Below, one piece after another: positions 19,128 through 28,492 of a stretch of DNA of 54,086 nucleotides (the first letter of the stretch is position 1; the number at the start of each line of letters is the position of its first letter). A program made the position numbers and the translations under genes. Below the pieces are notes generated by a model. That model saw only the letters and a list, made by a program, of their open reading frames with translations. It did not search any database and was not told the DNA's origin. Source of the stretch: Syntrophomonas sp. (GTDB lineage Bacteria; Bacillota; Syntrophomonadia; Syntrophomonadales; Syntrophomonadaceae); NCBI GenBank assembly GCA_039679805.1, contig JBDKUD010000215.1, positions 1-54,086 of the forward strand, in the 5' to 3' direction.

Positions 19128-19320
19128 ACAGGAATATTATTCTGAGTCGCATAGATTAATTTGATCTTCAAAAATACAGGTAACTAGTGGAGTTAATTGA
19201 TAAGTGAGGATCAAAATACAATAAGTATTATATTACCAATGCAGATAAGAGCAAAATAATTTGTCAAAAAATAAAACATTCTGATGAAAAAATATATTAT
19301 AATAAATACAACAATTAAAT

Positions 19321-19414
19321 ATCTCCGAGCCTACTAACCTAATGTAATACCATGGTTTTTAGGCCGTTAGGGTACATCGGGAAACTGGTGTGCCTCCCAG
19401 AGTGGAAAGGAGAA
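19321..19414 (+). promoter_or_regulatory. Moco/Wco-type riboswitch aptamer, copy A
   Basis: ATCTCCGAGCC...AGGGT-ACATCG-GGAAAC-TGGTGT-GCCTCCC-AGAGT-GGAAAGGAGA. The order of blocks matches the Moco RNA motif, and P1 is TCTCC/GGAGA. Confidence 0.7.
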
Positions 19415-19437
19415 GCTGAATACGGTTAGATACTGCG

Positions 19438-19467
19438 GCGAACTGCTTTGTACAGTTCGCTTTTTTT
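19438..19467 (+). terminator. Intrinsic terminator (expression platform of copy A)
   Basis: GCGAACTG / CAGTTCGC stem followed by TTTTTTT. Confidence 0.8.
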
Positions 19468-19638
19468 ATTATATGGGGGGTGTCTAAATCTAATTTTGTT
19501 TACCTTTTTAGACTGGTTTTTTTAATGCCCAGTATTCTTTCACAATGATAATGATTGGAGGTGTGTCCGGCCAAGTTATATTATTTGTATTTATCACGTG
19601 TAATTAGAGAAATATTAATGTTTGGGAGGGATAAGTAA

Positions 19639-22600
19639 TTGAGTAATGCTTGCTTAATGCTTGCAGAAAAGAAAACTAGCCTATGGCTAAAAACCATACT
19701 TGCAGTTCTTATGCTCTTTATGGCTTTTAGTATCGTCACCCCCGCACAGGCCGAAACACTCACCCCGTACATAGGTGAAAATACTACGCAATGGGGAACC
19801 GGACCATTTTGGATTATGCTTACAAATGTTGCTGCGGATGATATTGGAGTCTTAGAAACAACAGAAAATTCCTATACAAATGTAATAAAGACATCTTATG
19901 ATGCTTCGCAGCCGATTAACTTTGAGATTACGATCGGTGGTTCCGGCACGGACGGTTATGGAGCGAACTTGGAGCCCCGTACGGCCCCATATATCAAAAT
20001 CTATGACTCAACAAAAACAAATGTCGTTGCTGAATATAACAATGGAACAGGAGCACTTAAATACATAAGCGGTCTTGACGCTAAGGCCGGCGGATGTGGT
20101 TCAGTTATTCAACAAACCGGCACTGTCGTTACAATGGGTCTGAATGCAAATACTCTTGAACCGAACAAAGAATATTATTTTACAATTGAGCCTGGACTGC
20201 AGAATAAAAGAAATCCGGCTAACTTATACGGCAAAACTATTTGGTTCCGTTTTACGACCTCATCTGGAGTCTCATTGCCGGCCATCCCAACCTGGTCCGA
20301 TGGTGCTTCCCTGTCGGCGGAAGATGTTTTAAATACCGAGCTGGTCTTGAGATGGCCCCAGGTTAGCAACCCTGATGATTTAGCCGGGTATAAAGTTTAT
20401 GTTGATGGAGTTGAAGAGGCAAGTCTTCCTCCTATCCAAGATTATTATGAGCTTTATGGTTTAAACAGCGGACAAAAATATGTACTGTCAGTTAAACCGT
20501 ATAATGAAACAGGGGAACTGGGTGATGCCATAGAAACTATGGTAGTAACTCCGGGTGCCGGCGGTTTATCTTTTACCTTTAATCCTTATGCTATAGATGA
20601 AGGTGAATCAGGATATTATCATAATTATGATATCGTTAACCCGGTAGATATGGATAGCTTTAGCCTGGCCTGGAACTTTGGCAATGGCCTGGACGAAAAT
20701 CTAAGACTTAATTTGGAATGCATTCATCTTATTAATAAAAGTTCTGGTGAGCAAATCCAACTGGATTTAGGAACAGAGCCGTATTCTTTTAGCCCCGAGG
20801 GTGTTATTGAGTCAGGCGATTTCAAATATATCAGTACCGGTGGTGGTACGGGAGGCGGCACAGGCACAGGTACTGGTACTGTCGACCCAACCAGGACCCG
20901 TATGCTTAAATTTGAGCCTGGTGCCAATACTCTGGCCCAAATTAATAAAGGCGGAGATTATGTAATAGAAATTGATCCGGAATTTACTGCTAATAATGGT
21001 ACCAACAAATTAGGAAAAATCTTCACCTTTGCCTTTACCACGGCCATAGATGATATACAAGCTCCCGTTTGGCCTGCCGGTGCCCAAATAACCGCCAGCC
21101 AAGTTGGTACCGATGCCTTTGTATTGAATTGGCCGGAGGCAACCGACAATGTTGGAATTACCGAATACCAGCTTTATAATGAAGATGTATTGGTTAAAAC
21201 GTTTAACAACGGAGTTACCTCCTGCAAGATGGAAGGCTTAACCCCTAATACCACCTATAATCTGGTTTTGAAAGCCAGGGATGCAAAATCCAATTATACT
21301 CTTCTATACCTGACTTTATCAGTAACCACTCTCTTATCTGATGATCAGGCTCCCACCTGGCCAACAGGCAGTAAATTAACAGCTGATAATATTTTGCCTG
21401 ACAATCTGGATCTATACTGGACGCCTGCCGATGATAATGTGGAGGCAACAGGATACCGCTTGCTTGAAAACGGCAATACGGTTGCAGAACTTGATGCCGG
21501 CATTTTAACGTATCATGTTGGTCAGCTGACCCCCAACACGGCTTATATTTTTAAGGTCGAAGCTAGGGATAACGCAGGCAATTACAGCACTACCGGACCT
21601 GAACTGGCTATAAGCACTCTTGCAGGAGAAGCCGATAATACAGCTCCTGTCTGGACAACTAATGGTTATTTCCAAACTTCACTTAGCAATACCGCCGGTA
21701 AAACTTATGTAAATTATAAATGGCCCTGGGCTAATGATAATGTAGCCGTAACCGCATACCTGGTATACAAAGATGGTGTGCAATGCGGTACAGTAGATGC
21801 TTATACCAACAGTTTTAGTGATATACTTGATTATAATAATACCCGTTATACCTATTCTGTATATGCTGTTGATGCAGCAGGCAACAAAAGCATTGAAGGC
21901 AACAGAATGGAGATATTAACCGGCGATCCTAATGAGGATCTCATATCACCTTACTGGCCGGCCGATACTGATATAACCCTCTCAGAATTTACAGATAATA
22001 GTTCCGTAAAGGTTAAATGGACACCTGCCCAGGATAATGTTAAGGTCAGAGGGTATGTGGTAGTAAAAGACGGGTTATGGGTGGAATGGACCGACAATGG
22101 AATTGTCGAAACACCTACCCGCGGAGATTGCTTTGTGGTCTATAATCCCTATATTAACTACAGCTGTCAGCCGTCTTCGGTCTATCCGGAATTAGTATCC
22201 GGCCAAACCTATACCTTTTCGGTTAAGGCTTTTGACCTCAAAGAAAGTTCATCCAAGGGAGACCCCAAAATAACCTTTGTAATGGGGACCAGCCCTACTG
22301 CTGGTTCAGGAATACCCTTTGCTCTTACCAATGTAGGAAATACAAGAGGTTCATTAAATAGTATTACCGGTGCTCTGAATCAGGTGCTGGCACCCCAGGA
22401 TCCGGAAAATACCCAGTTTACCTGGACCTTCGATGAGCCTTTGGCAGCTGGATATGAGAGCAAATTCACCTTAACCAATAACACAACAGGAGCAACAGCA
22501 GCACTTGATCCAACTTATTTCCAATATAGCGAAAATAACGGTAAAGGTATTTTAACGCTTGATTTAACCAGCATTAAGCTGGCAGATAAGACCAATTATA

Positions 22601-25600
22601 TCGTTAAGTTAGATAAAACTCTGACAGCCCAAAGCAGTAAACAATTAGGTTTTGATATTGCCTGGCAGTTTACTACCGATGTAGCTGATAAAACAGCTCC
22701 GTATTGGGGAACAGATGATTCGCTTAATGTAAACTGCGTTAAAGATCCTACAATTGCTACTTTAACCTGGCCAGCAGCCACCGACAATGTAGCAGTCACC
22801 CAATATAAGGTATACCAGGGCGAAACATTGCTTACCGCCCTTCCTGCTGATGTATTAACTTATGATGTGACAGGCTTGGCAGTAAATACTCTTTATAACT
22901 TTAAAGTTATAGCAGAGGATTATCTGGAAAATCTCAGCACTCCATTAACAGTTTCAACAACTACCTCTGTTGCCGATAGTATCGCACCTGCATGGCAAAG
23001 TGGTGCTATGCTAACATTTGCCGATATTTTATCAGATAATGTTAAAGTATCCTGGCCAGCGGCTATCGACGACAAATATGCAATTAAGACTTATAAGCTT
23101 TTCAAAAATGGTTCAAGCGAGCCGTTTGCTGAGGTAGCAGGAAATGTTTTAAATTACAATATTACAGGTCTGGCTGGCGAAACAACCTATAGTATTACCG
23201 TTAAAGCTTTTGACTTCAGCGGAAACTCCGCGGAACTTACGGGCAGTGTTACAACTATTACTGACAGCGTAAGCCCGGTTTGGCCGGAGGGCAGCAAGCT
23301 GCAGGCAAAAGACATTAAAGATACCTCAGTTACACTGTACTGGAACGCGGCAGCTGATAATGTCGGAGTAACAAAATATAATATTTATCGTAATAATGAG
23401 TTCTTACAAACTGTAGAAGCCCCGACAACAGAACTAACTGTAACCGGCTTAACAGGTGCTGCGGAATATACCTTTGCAGTAGAAGCTGTGGATCTAAAAG
23501 GCAATAAAACAACCCAATTAAGCCTGAACCAATGGACAGCACTTAATCCTATTTCAACCGGTGCTGCATTTCCTTTCAGTCTGGAAAGCCCCCTGTCTTA
23601 CAATCAAGCAATCGATGTTGCCGGTAACACTACCAATAATATAGTTGACGGCAGTTTCACCAAAAATAATGTTGCCTTTAGTTTTGCCTTTAGTAAGACG
23701 CTGGCAAATGAGACGTGGCTTAACAATATTGAGCTGAAAGACAACAGCGGACAAACAATCGTGTTGGATTCCAGCGCTTTTACCTATACCGAGCTGGCTG
23801 ATAACACCTCCAAACTAAAAATTACTGTGCCTGCCGGGCTGGTATCAAATGGTCAATATAAACTGACCGTAAAAAATGCTTTAACTGCAGCCGACTCGAC
23901 TGCCATAGGACGGAATTTCGTCTGGACATTTAACGTGTCGGTAGGAATGTATGGTATAACCGATATTGCAGCGGGTTATTATACCACTGGCTTACAGCCG
24001 TCAGCTGCTGAACGCTTCTATATGGTACTGAAAGATGACGGAACTATATGGACCTGGGGAAATAATACCTTCGGAACATTAGGTGATGGTACAACAGATT
24101 CCAGACAGATCCCAACCAAGGTAGAAGCATTAACCGGAATTACAGCTGTGGAAGCTGGAAGAAACAGTGCATTTGCTCTCGATTCGGATGGTGCTGTTTG
24201 GGGATGGGGATCCAACGAATTTGGGCAATTAGGCCGGGGAACTGTTCCCCTTGGTACCAGCGGACGCTACGACAACACTACACCCCAAAAAGTAATTGGT
24301 CTGCCGGCGGCTATTGAGAAATTAAGCTATGGCTTTGGCCATGTGGCAGCGCTTGATGCCAACGGGGAAGTCTGGAATTGGGGCACTGCAGTGCAGCAGG
24401 GAATTTCTACGGATGCACAGTGCAGCGGAACACCGTTAAAAGTCAGCGGTTTATCCAACGTAATCGACGTGGCCGCCGGTTATTATGCTTCTATAGCGGT
24501 AACCAGCAACGGAGATGTATATACCTTTAAAATGGCTGAAACACCGGTGAAAGTTGCAGGCCTTAGTGAGATTGTAGCTGTTGATGCACGGTGTATTGAC
24601 AATAATAATATTTGGATGGCTTTAAAGGCTGACGGTACAGTATATACCTGGGATAGCAATGGAATACCGGTTATGGTTGCAAATGCCAGCCTGATTAAAT
24701 CAGTTATTGCTGATGGGCCTTATGTACTGGGAACTAATGGACAGGTAAGTAATGTTGATTATAGTTCGGCACCGGTATTGGGAACAGAAGTAACTGCCTT
24801 AAATAATGTGGTTAAGGTAGCCAGCTCAGCCCGAGGTGGATTAGCTTTGTTAAATGACGGCAGTTTATTGCAGTTCATTGGTGCTGAAGCAAATGCGGTT
24901 GCTCTGAACATTAATTCCGTTGAAGCTCCGGTTTGGCCTGCAAGCAGTGCGTTAACCATTACTAATTTGACTGAAACAGGATTAACCCTGAACTGGGAGA
25001 AACCAAGTTCCGATGTTTCAGGTTTTGCTATTTTTAAAGATGGTACAAGAATAGCTACTATTTCAGGCAGCACATTAAGTTATGATATTACCGGACTGAC
25101 CAAAGGTCAGAGCTATACTTTCAAAGTTGAAGCTCGTCTTTTAAACAGCGACTGGACTACTGCCGGACCTTCAATTACCCAAACTATGGATGAATGGAAT
25201 CCAACCATGCAGAGTGCCGGTAAAATTGCTTTGAGCAGCAAACATACGCTAATGATTGGTGACGACGGCAGTGTTTGGGCCTGGGGACAAAATGAATATG
25301 GTCAATTGGGAATCGGCAATAACACTGAACAATTGATTCCGGTAAAAATCAATGGCCTTTCTAACATAATAGCTGTGGCTGCAGGTGATAATCACAGTAT
25401 TGCACTCGATAGCAGCGGTAATGTTTGGGCTTGGGGTAAAAATAACCTTTACCAATTAGGTAATGGTGTAACTGCGAACAGTAATATACCGGTAAAGATT
25501 ATCTCCAGTTGTATTAAAGCTATATCTGCCGCCGCCGATCACAGTATCGCCTTGAAAAATGACGGTACAGTTTTGGGGTGGGGTGCAGACGGATATGCAA

Positions 25601-28257
25601 CCAATTTTTCCTTATCGGGTATTGATGGACATGCACCCGGTCAACTGTGGAACGCCACGACAACCGGGGGAGTGTATTATCAACTATCCGGTGTTAAGGG
25701 TATAGCCACTTCGCGTCAATTCAGCACCTACCTTTTTGATGACGGCAGAATTTGCCGCATCGGTCACTTTATTGATGAAGTCGGGGCACCCACAGTAATG
25801 CCTATGAAGCACTATTCCACCTTGATGGGAATTCAAGCTATCGCTGCCGGCGAGAACTTCGTTTTAGCCCTGAAGGAAGACGGAACTGTGCTGAGTCTGG
25901 GTGACAATAATTCCGGTCAATATGGCAACGGTACTCAGGGTAATGGTACACCTGCAGATCCCCGTCCGTATGGAGTGGTGACAGGTCTTAATAATATTGT
26001 GGAAATTGCTGCCGGAGGATACCATTGTATTGCATTGGATCAAAACGGAAATGTCTATACCTGGGGTAAAAACCTCTACGGCCAGCTTGGCACCGGCAAA
26101 ACAGATATTCATCTAACTCCGGTTAAAGTTTCCGGATTAACGGAGATAACTGCAATCGGGGGAGGTACTGAAAGTACTATAGCCTTTAGAAATATGCAAA
26201 AGGTATACGGCTGGGGTAATAATGACAACGGTCAGTTGGGGAATGAAAGCAAAGTTGCCTCTAAAGTACCTACCGTAGCTAAAATGGCGGGCTACGATAC
26301 AGATGTAGACGTACCTGTTTGGCCGGCATATTTTGCACTGATGGTAAACAACATTACTGAGAACAGTGCTACTTTAATGTGGAGTCCTGCCGGTGATGAT
26401 ATGGGCGTAGCCAGCTATGAGATTTATATCAACAATGAGAAAAAGGCCGATGTGGAAGGTACTAAGCTTGAATATACCGTTAGCGGGCTGAATGCGAATA
26501 CAGCGTACGTTTTTGGTATTAAAGCCAAAGATGCAGCAACCAATACCAGTGATATGAGTAAGACGGTATCGATTAATACAAAAGTTGCAGCTGCTATTCC
26601 AAATGCCAATGATATTATCATTGATGGTTATGCAGGTACCAGTATTAATTTACCAGCCGCGGAGATTTCCATACCTAATAATGCATTACTTGATGTCAAT
26701 GCGGGCTTGGCAGTTAAAAATGGAAATAACATTCAAGTGGCTGGACAGAATAAAGATTTAACGCAGTTTGCGATTGACGGTCAAACCAAAGATTTAACGC
26801 AAACTGCCAGTGTAGGAGGCCAACCGGTAGTAATAGAAAAAGCTGTTCAATTACAATCAGCTGTTGACAACCAACCTACGGTTATTAAAAATGATTCATT
26901 ACCTAACATAACGGCATCTGTTCCAGATGGAACAACAATTTTAGCACCCCAAGGTTGGGATGGTACGATTAAGCCACCGACGATAGCTGAAAAGAAAGGG
27001 AATGCACCGGCGGGATTTACCGTTGGCAGTACGGTCCTTGAAGTTGGTAATCCTAATGAAGTACTTCTTTTTGATAAACCTGTAATATTAACTTTAACTG
27101 GAGTTAAAGGCAATAATTTTGCTTATAAACCGTCGGGCTCAAATAATTGGGTAAAAATGTCCCAAGCCGAAGGTACTTATGAGAATCCAATAGCTCCAGC
27201 CTTCCCAGGAGAGGCTTATATTACTAATGGCACTGACACAAAAATAATCACTTGGCATTTTACACAATTTGCTTCTCTGGATGCTGTTACGTCAACTGGC
27301 GGCGGCGGAGGCGGCGGAGTAGCTTTGCCGACTGCCAACACAGTAACTGCCAGTGGCGGAACGGTAAGTGAATTAGGTACAACTATAACAATACCGGCCA
27401 GTGCTTTTAATAGTAACATCGAAGTACAAATTAAAAAGGTAAGCCAAATAACTAATCTGACCATGACATCAACCAGTAAACTACTAAGTGATGTAATTGA
27501 AATAACCAAAGACAAATCAGGTGATTTCAGTAAACCGGTGTCTATAACATTAAGTTTCGACAAAGCCAAAGCGGACCAGGACAAATACAAACTTAGTATC
27601 TACTGGCTGGATGAAAAGACCGGCAAATGGGTGGAACTAAGTAACGTTAAGGTGGATATGGCAACCGGTAAGGTGAGCGGAGAAGTACAGCATTTCACCA
27701 AATTCGCTGTAATAGCTACCGAAAAAGAGCAATTACCGGCAGCCGCATTAAAAGACATTACCGGACATTGGGCCGAAGCTAATATTAATAAACTTATAGC
27801 TTCAGGTGCAATAAGCGGTTATCCGAATGGAACATTCGGACCGGACAATACTATCAGCAGAGCAGAATTCGCCAGTATAATAGTACGTGCTTTTAAACTG
27901 GTACCGAAAGACGGCAGAGTATTTAATGATACAGCTGCCCACTGGGCAAAAGATGCAATAGCCACAGCAGCAGGCAACGGTATAGTGAGTGGTTATGACT
28001 CAGCAAACTTTGGCCCTGATGACAAAATAACCCGGGAGCAAATGGCGATAATAATTGACAAACTAATCAGTAATAATACTTCCACTGGAAAGACATTTGC
28101 CGACGGAAAGGGAATTTCGGCCTGGGCAGAAGATGCAGTTGCCAGAGTCAGTGGAAATGGCATAATCGCAGGTTATCCGGACAATACATTCAGACCGAAG
28201 GTTAATGCCACCAGAGCAGAAGCGGTAACTGTTATCCTGAATGCATTAAGTAAATAG
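19639..28257 (+). CDS. 2872-aa secreted cell-surface protein: Big_5-like modules, many FN3 domains, two RCC1-repeat propeller blocks, three C-terminal SLH domains
   Basis: TTG start 8 nt after GGGAGGG (ATG 19657 is an alternative). Signal peptide ends at ..TPAQA (19751). Recurrent APVWP...W..A.DNVGVT.Y..Y FN3 starts, repeated W.WG.N..GQLG RCC1 motifs, and an SLH triplet at 27748-28254. Confidence 0.9.
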   Translation: MSNACLMLAEKKTSLWLKTILAVLMLFMAFSIVTPAQAETLTPYIGENTTQWGTGPFWIMLTNVAADDIGVLETTENSYTNVIKTSYDASQPINFEITIGGSGTDGYGANLEPRTAPYIKIYDSTKTNVVAEYNNGTGALKYISGLDAKAGGCGSVIQQTGTVVTMGLNANTLEPNKEYYFTIEPGLQNKRNPANLYGKTIWFRFTTSSGVSLPAIPTWSDGASLSAEDVLNTELVLRWPQVSNPDDLAGYKVYVDGVEEASLPPIQDYYELYGLNSGQKYVLSVKPYNETGELGDAIETMVVTPGAGGLSFTFNPYAIDEGESGYYHNYDIVNPVDMDSFSLAWNFGNGLDENLRLNLECIHLINKSSGEQIQLDLGTEPYSFSPEGVIESGDFKYISTGGGTGGGTGTGTGTVDPTRTRMLKFEPGANTLAQINKGGDYVIEIDPEFTANNGTNKLGKIFTFAFTTAIDDIQAPVWPAGAQITASQVGTDAFVLNWPEATDNVGITEYQLYNEDVLVKTFNNGVTSCKMEGLTPNTTYNLVLKARDAKSNYTLLYLTLSVTTLLSDDQAPTWPTGSKLTADNILPDNLDLYWTPADDNVEATGYRLLENGNTVAELDAGILTYHVGQLTPNTAYIFKVEARDNAGNYSTTGPELAISTLAGEADNTAPVWTTNGYFQTSLSNTAGKTYVNYKWPWANDNVAVTAYLVYKDGVQCGTVDAYTNSFSDILDYNNTRYTYSVYAVDAAGNKSIEGNRMEILTGDPNEDLISPYWPADTDITLSEFTDNSSVKVKWTPAQDNVKVRGYVVVKDGLWVEWTDNGIVETPTRGDCFVVYNPYINYSCQPSSVYPELVSGQTYTFSVKAFDLKESSSKGDPKITFVMGTSPTAGSGIPFALTNVGNTRGSLNSITGALNQVLAPQDPENTQFTWTFDEPLAAGYESKFTLTNNTTGATAALDPTYFQYSENNGKGILTLDLTSIKLADKTNYIVKLDKTLTAQSSKQLGFDIAWQFTTDVADKTAPYWGTDDSLNVNCVKDPTIATLTWPAATDNVAVTQYKVYQGETLLTALPADVLTYDVTGLAVNTLYNFKVIAEDYLENLSTPLTVSTTTSVADSIAPAWQSGAMLTFADILSDNVKVSWPAAIDDKYAIKTYKLFKNGSSEPFAEVAGNVLNYNITGLAGETTYSITVKAFDFSGNSAELTGSVTTITDSVSPVWPEGSKLQAKDIKDTSVTLYWNAAADNVGVTKYNIYRNNEFLQTVEAPTTELTVTGLTGAAEYTFAVEAVDLKGNKTTQLSLNQWTALNPISTGAAFPFSLESPLSYNQAIDVAGNTTNNIVDGSFTKNNVAFSFAFSKTLANETWLNNIELKDNSGQTIVLDSSAFTYTELADNTSKLKITVPAGLVSNGQYKLTVKNALTAADSTAIGRNFVWTFNVSVGMYGITDIAAGYYTTGLQPSAAERFYMVLKDDGTIWTWGNNTFGTLGDGTTDSRQIPTKVEALTGITAVEAGRNSAFALDSDGAVWGWGSNEFGQLGRGTVPLGTSGRYDNTTPQKVIGLPAAIEKLSYGFGHVAALDANGEVWNWGTAVQQGISTDAQCSGTPLKVSGLSNVIDVAAGYYASIAVTSNGDVYTFKMAETPVKVAGLSEIVAVDARCIDNNNIWMALKADGTVYTWDSNGIPVMVANASLIKSVIADGPYVLGTNGQVSNVDYSSAPVLGTEVTALNNVVKVASSARGGLALLNDGSLLQFIGAEANAVALNINSVEAPVWPASSALTITNLTETGLTLNWEKPSSDVSGFAIFKDGTRIATISGSTLSYDITGLTKGQSYTFKVEARLLNSDWTTAGPSITQTMDEWNPTMQSAGKIALSSKHTLMIGDDGSVWAWGQNEYGQLGIGNNTEQLIPVKINGLSNIIAVAAGDNHSIALDSSGNVWAWGKNNLYQLGNGVTANSNIPVKIISSCIKAISAAADHSIALKNDGTVLGWGADGYATNFSLSGIDGHAPGQLWNATTTGGVYYQLSGVKGIATSRQFSTYLFDDGRICRIGHFIDEVGAPTVMPMKHYSTLMGIQAIAAGENFVLALKEDGTVLSLGDNNSGQYGNGTQGNGTPADPRPYGVVTGLNNIVEIAAGGYHCIALDQNGNVYTWGKNLYGQLGTGKTDIHLTPVKVSGLTEITAIGGGTESTIAFRNMQKVYGWGNNDNGQLGNESKVASKVPTVAKMAGYDTDVDVPVWPAYFALMVNNITENSATLMWSPAGDDMGVASYEIYINNEKKADVEGTKLEYTVSGLNANTAYVFGIKAKDAATNTSDMSKTVSINTKVAAAIPNANDIIIDGYAGTSINLPAAEISIPNNALLDVNAGLAVKNGNNIQVAGQNKDLTQFAIDGQTKDLTQTASVGGQPVVIEKAVQLQSAVDNQPTVIKNDSLPNITASVPDGTTILAPQGWDGTIKPPTIAEKKGNAPAGFTVGSTVLEVGNPNEVLLFDKPVILTLTGVKGNNFAYKPSGSNNWVKMSQAEGTYENPIAPAFPGEAYITNGTDTKIITWHFTQFASLDAVTSTGGGGGGGVALPTANTVTASGGTVSELGTTITIPASAFNSNIEVQIKKVSQITNLTMTSTSKLLSDVIEITKDKSGDFSKPVSITLSFDKAKADQDKYKLSIYWLDEKTGKWVELSNVKVDMATGKVSGEVQHFTKFAVIATEKEQLPAAALKDITGHWAEANINKLIASGAISGYPNGTFGPDNTISRAEFASIIVRAFKLVPKDGRVFNDTAAHWAKDAIATAAGNGIVSGYDSANFGPDDKITREQMAIIIDKLISNNTSTGKTFADGKGISAWAEDAVARVSGNGIIAGYPDNTFRPKVNATRAEAVTVILNALSK
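23947..24885 (+). other. RCC1-repeat (beta-propeller) block 1 within the 2872-aa protein
   Basis: Repeats such as DGTIWTWGNNTFGTLGDG, DGAVWGWGSNEFGQLGRG and NGEVWNWG. Confidence 0.75.
25218..26278 (+). other. RCC1-repeat (beta-propeller) block 2 within the 2872-aa protein
   Basis: DGSVWAWGQNEYGQLGIG, GNVWAWGKNNLYQLGNG, GNVYTWGKNLYGQLGTG and VYGWGNNDNGQLGN. Confidence 0.8.
27748..28254 (+). other. Three tandem SLH (S-layer homology) domains
   Basis: LKDITGHWAEANINKLIASGAISGYPNGTFGPDNTISRAEFA, FNDTAAHWAKDAIATAAGNGIVSGY..., FADGKGISAWAEDAVARVSGNGIIAGYPDNTFRP. Confidence 0.9.
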
Positions 28258-28291
28258 TAATTCTTTAATTGTAAATTGTTCCTATCCCTGG

Positions 28292-28326
28292 GGGCGAGTC
28301 ATATCATTTGGCTCGTCCTCTGTTTT
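28292..28326 (+). terminator. Intrinsic terminator after the 2872-aa gene
   Basis: GGGCGAGTC / GGCTCGTCC stem (with G-U pairs) followed by TCTGTTTT. Confidence 0.6.
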
Positions 28327-28350
28327 AATCTTATCTACAGCAGCTAAACC

Positions 28351-28392
28351 AAAAGGGCTCAATGGGGATTACACTCCATTGGGCCCTTTTTT
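28351..28392. terminator. Bidirectional terminator between convergent genes
   Basis: AAAA-GGGCTCAATGG...CCATTGGGCCC-TTTTTT. A/T runs on both sides allow it to function on either strand. Confidence 0.7.
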
Positions 28393-28492
28393 GTTTAGCT
28401 GCAGAATCGACGCAAAACGTCACAGCGGGACAGAAATTCTGAAGCGTATTATTAGATTACTTGTTATAAACTGATATTATCTAATCTCTAAC

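Noticed and set aside
19321-19414. An alternative reading of the five repeated leaders as c-di-GMP (GEMM-I/II) riboswitches. This is attractive because c-di-GMP aptamers often control adhesins.
   Set aside because: They lack the GEMM-I blocks (ACGCACAGGGCAAACC and GGGACGCAAAGCC, as I recall them). Instead they carry the AGGG-hairpin-GCCTCCC-N5-GGAAAGG order of the Moco motif.
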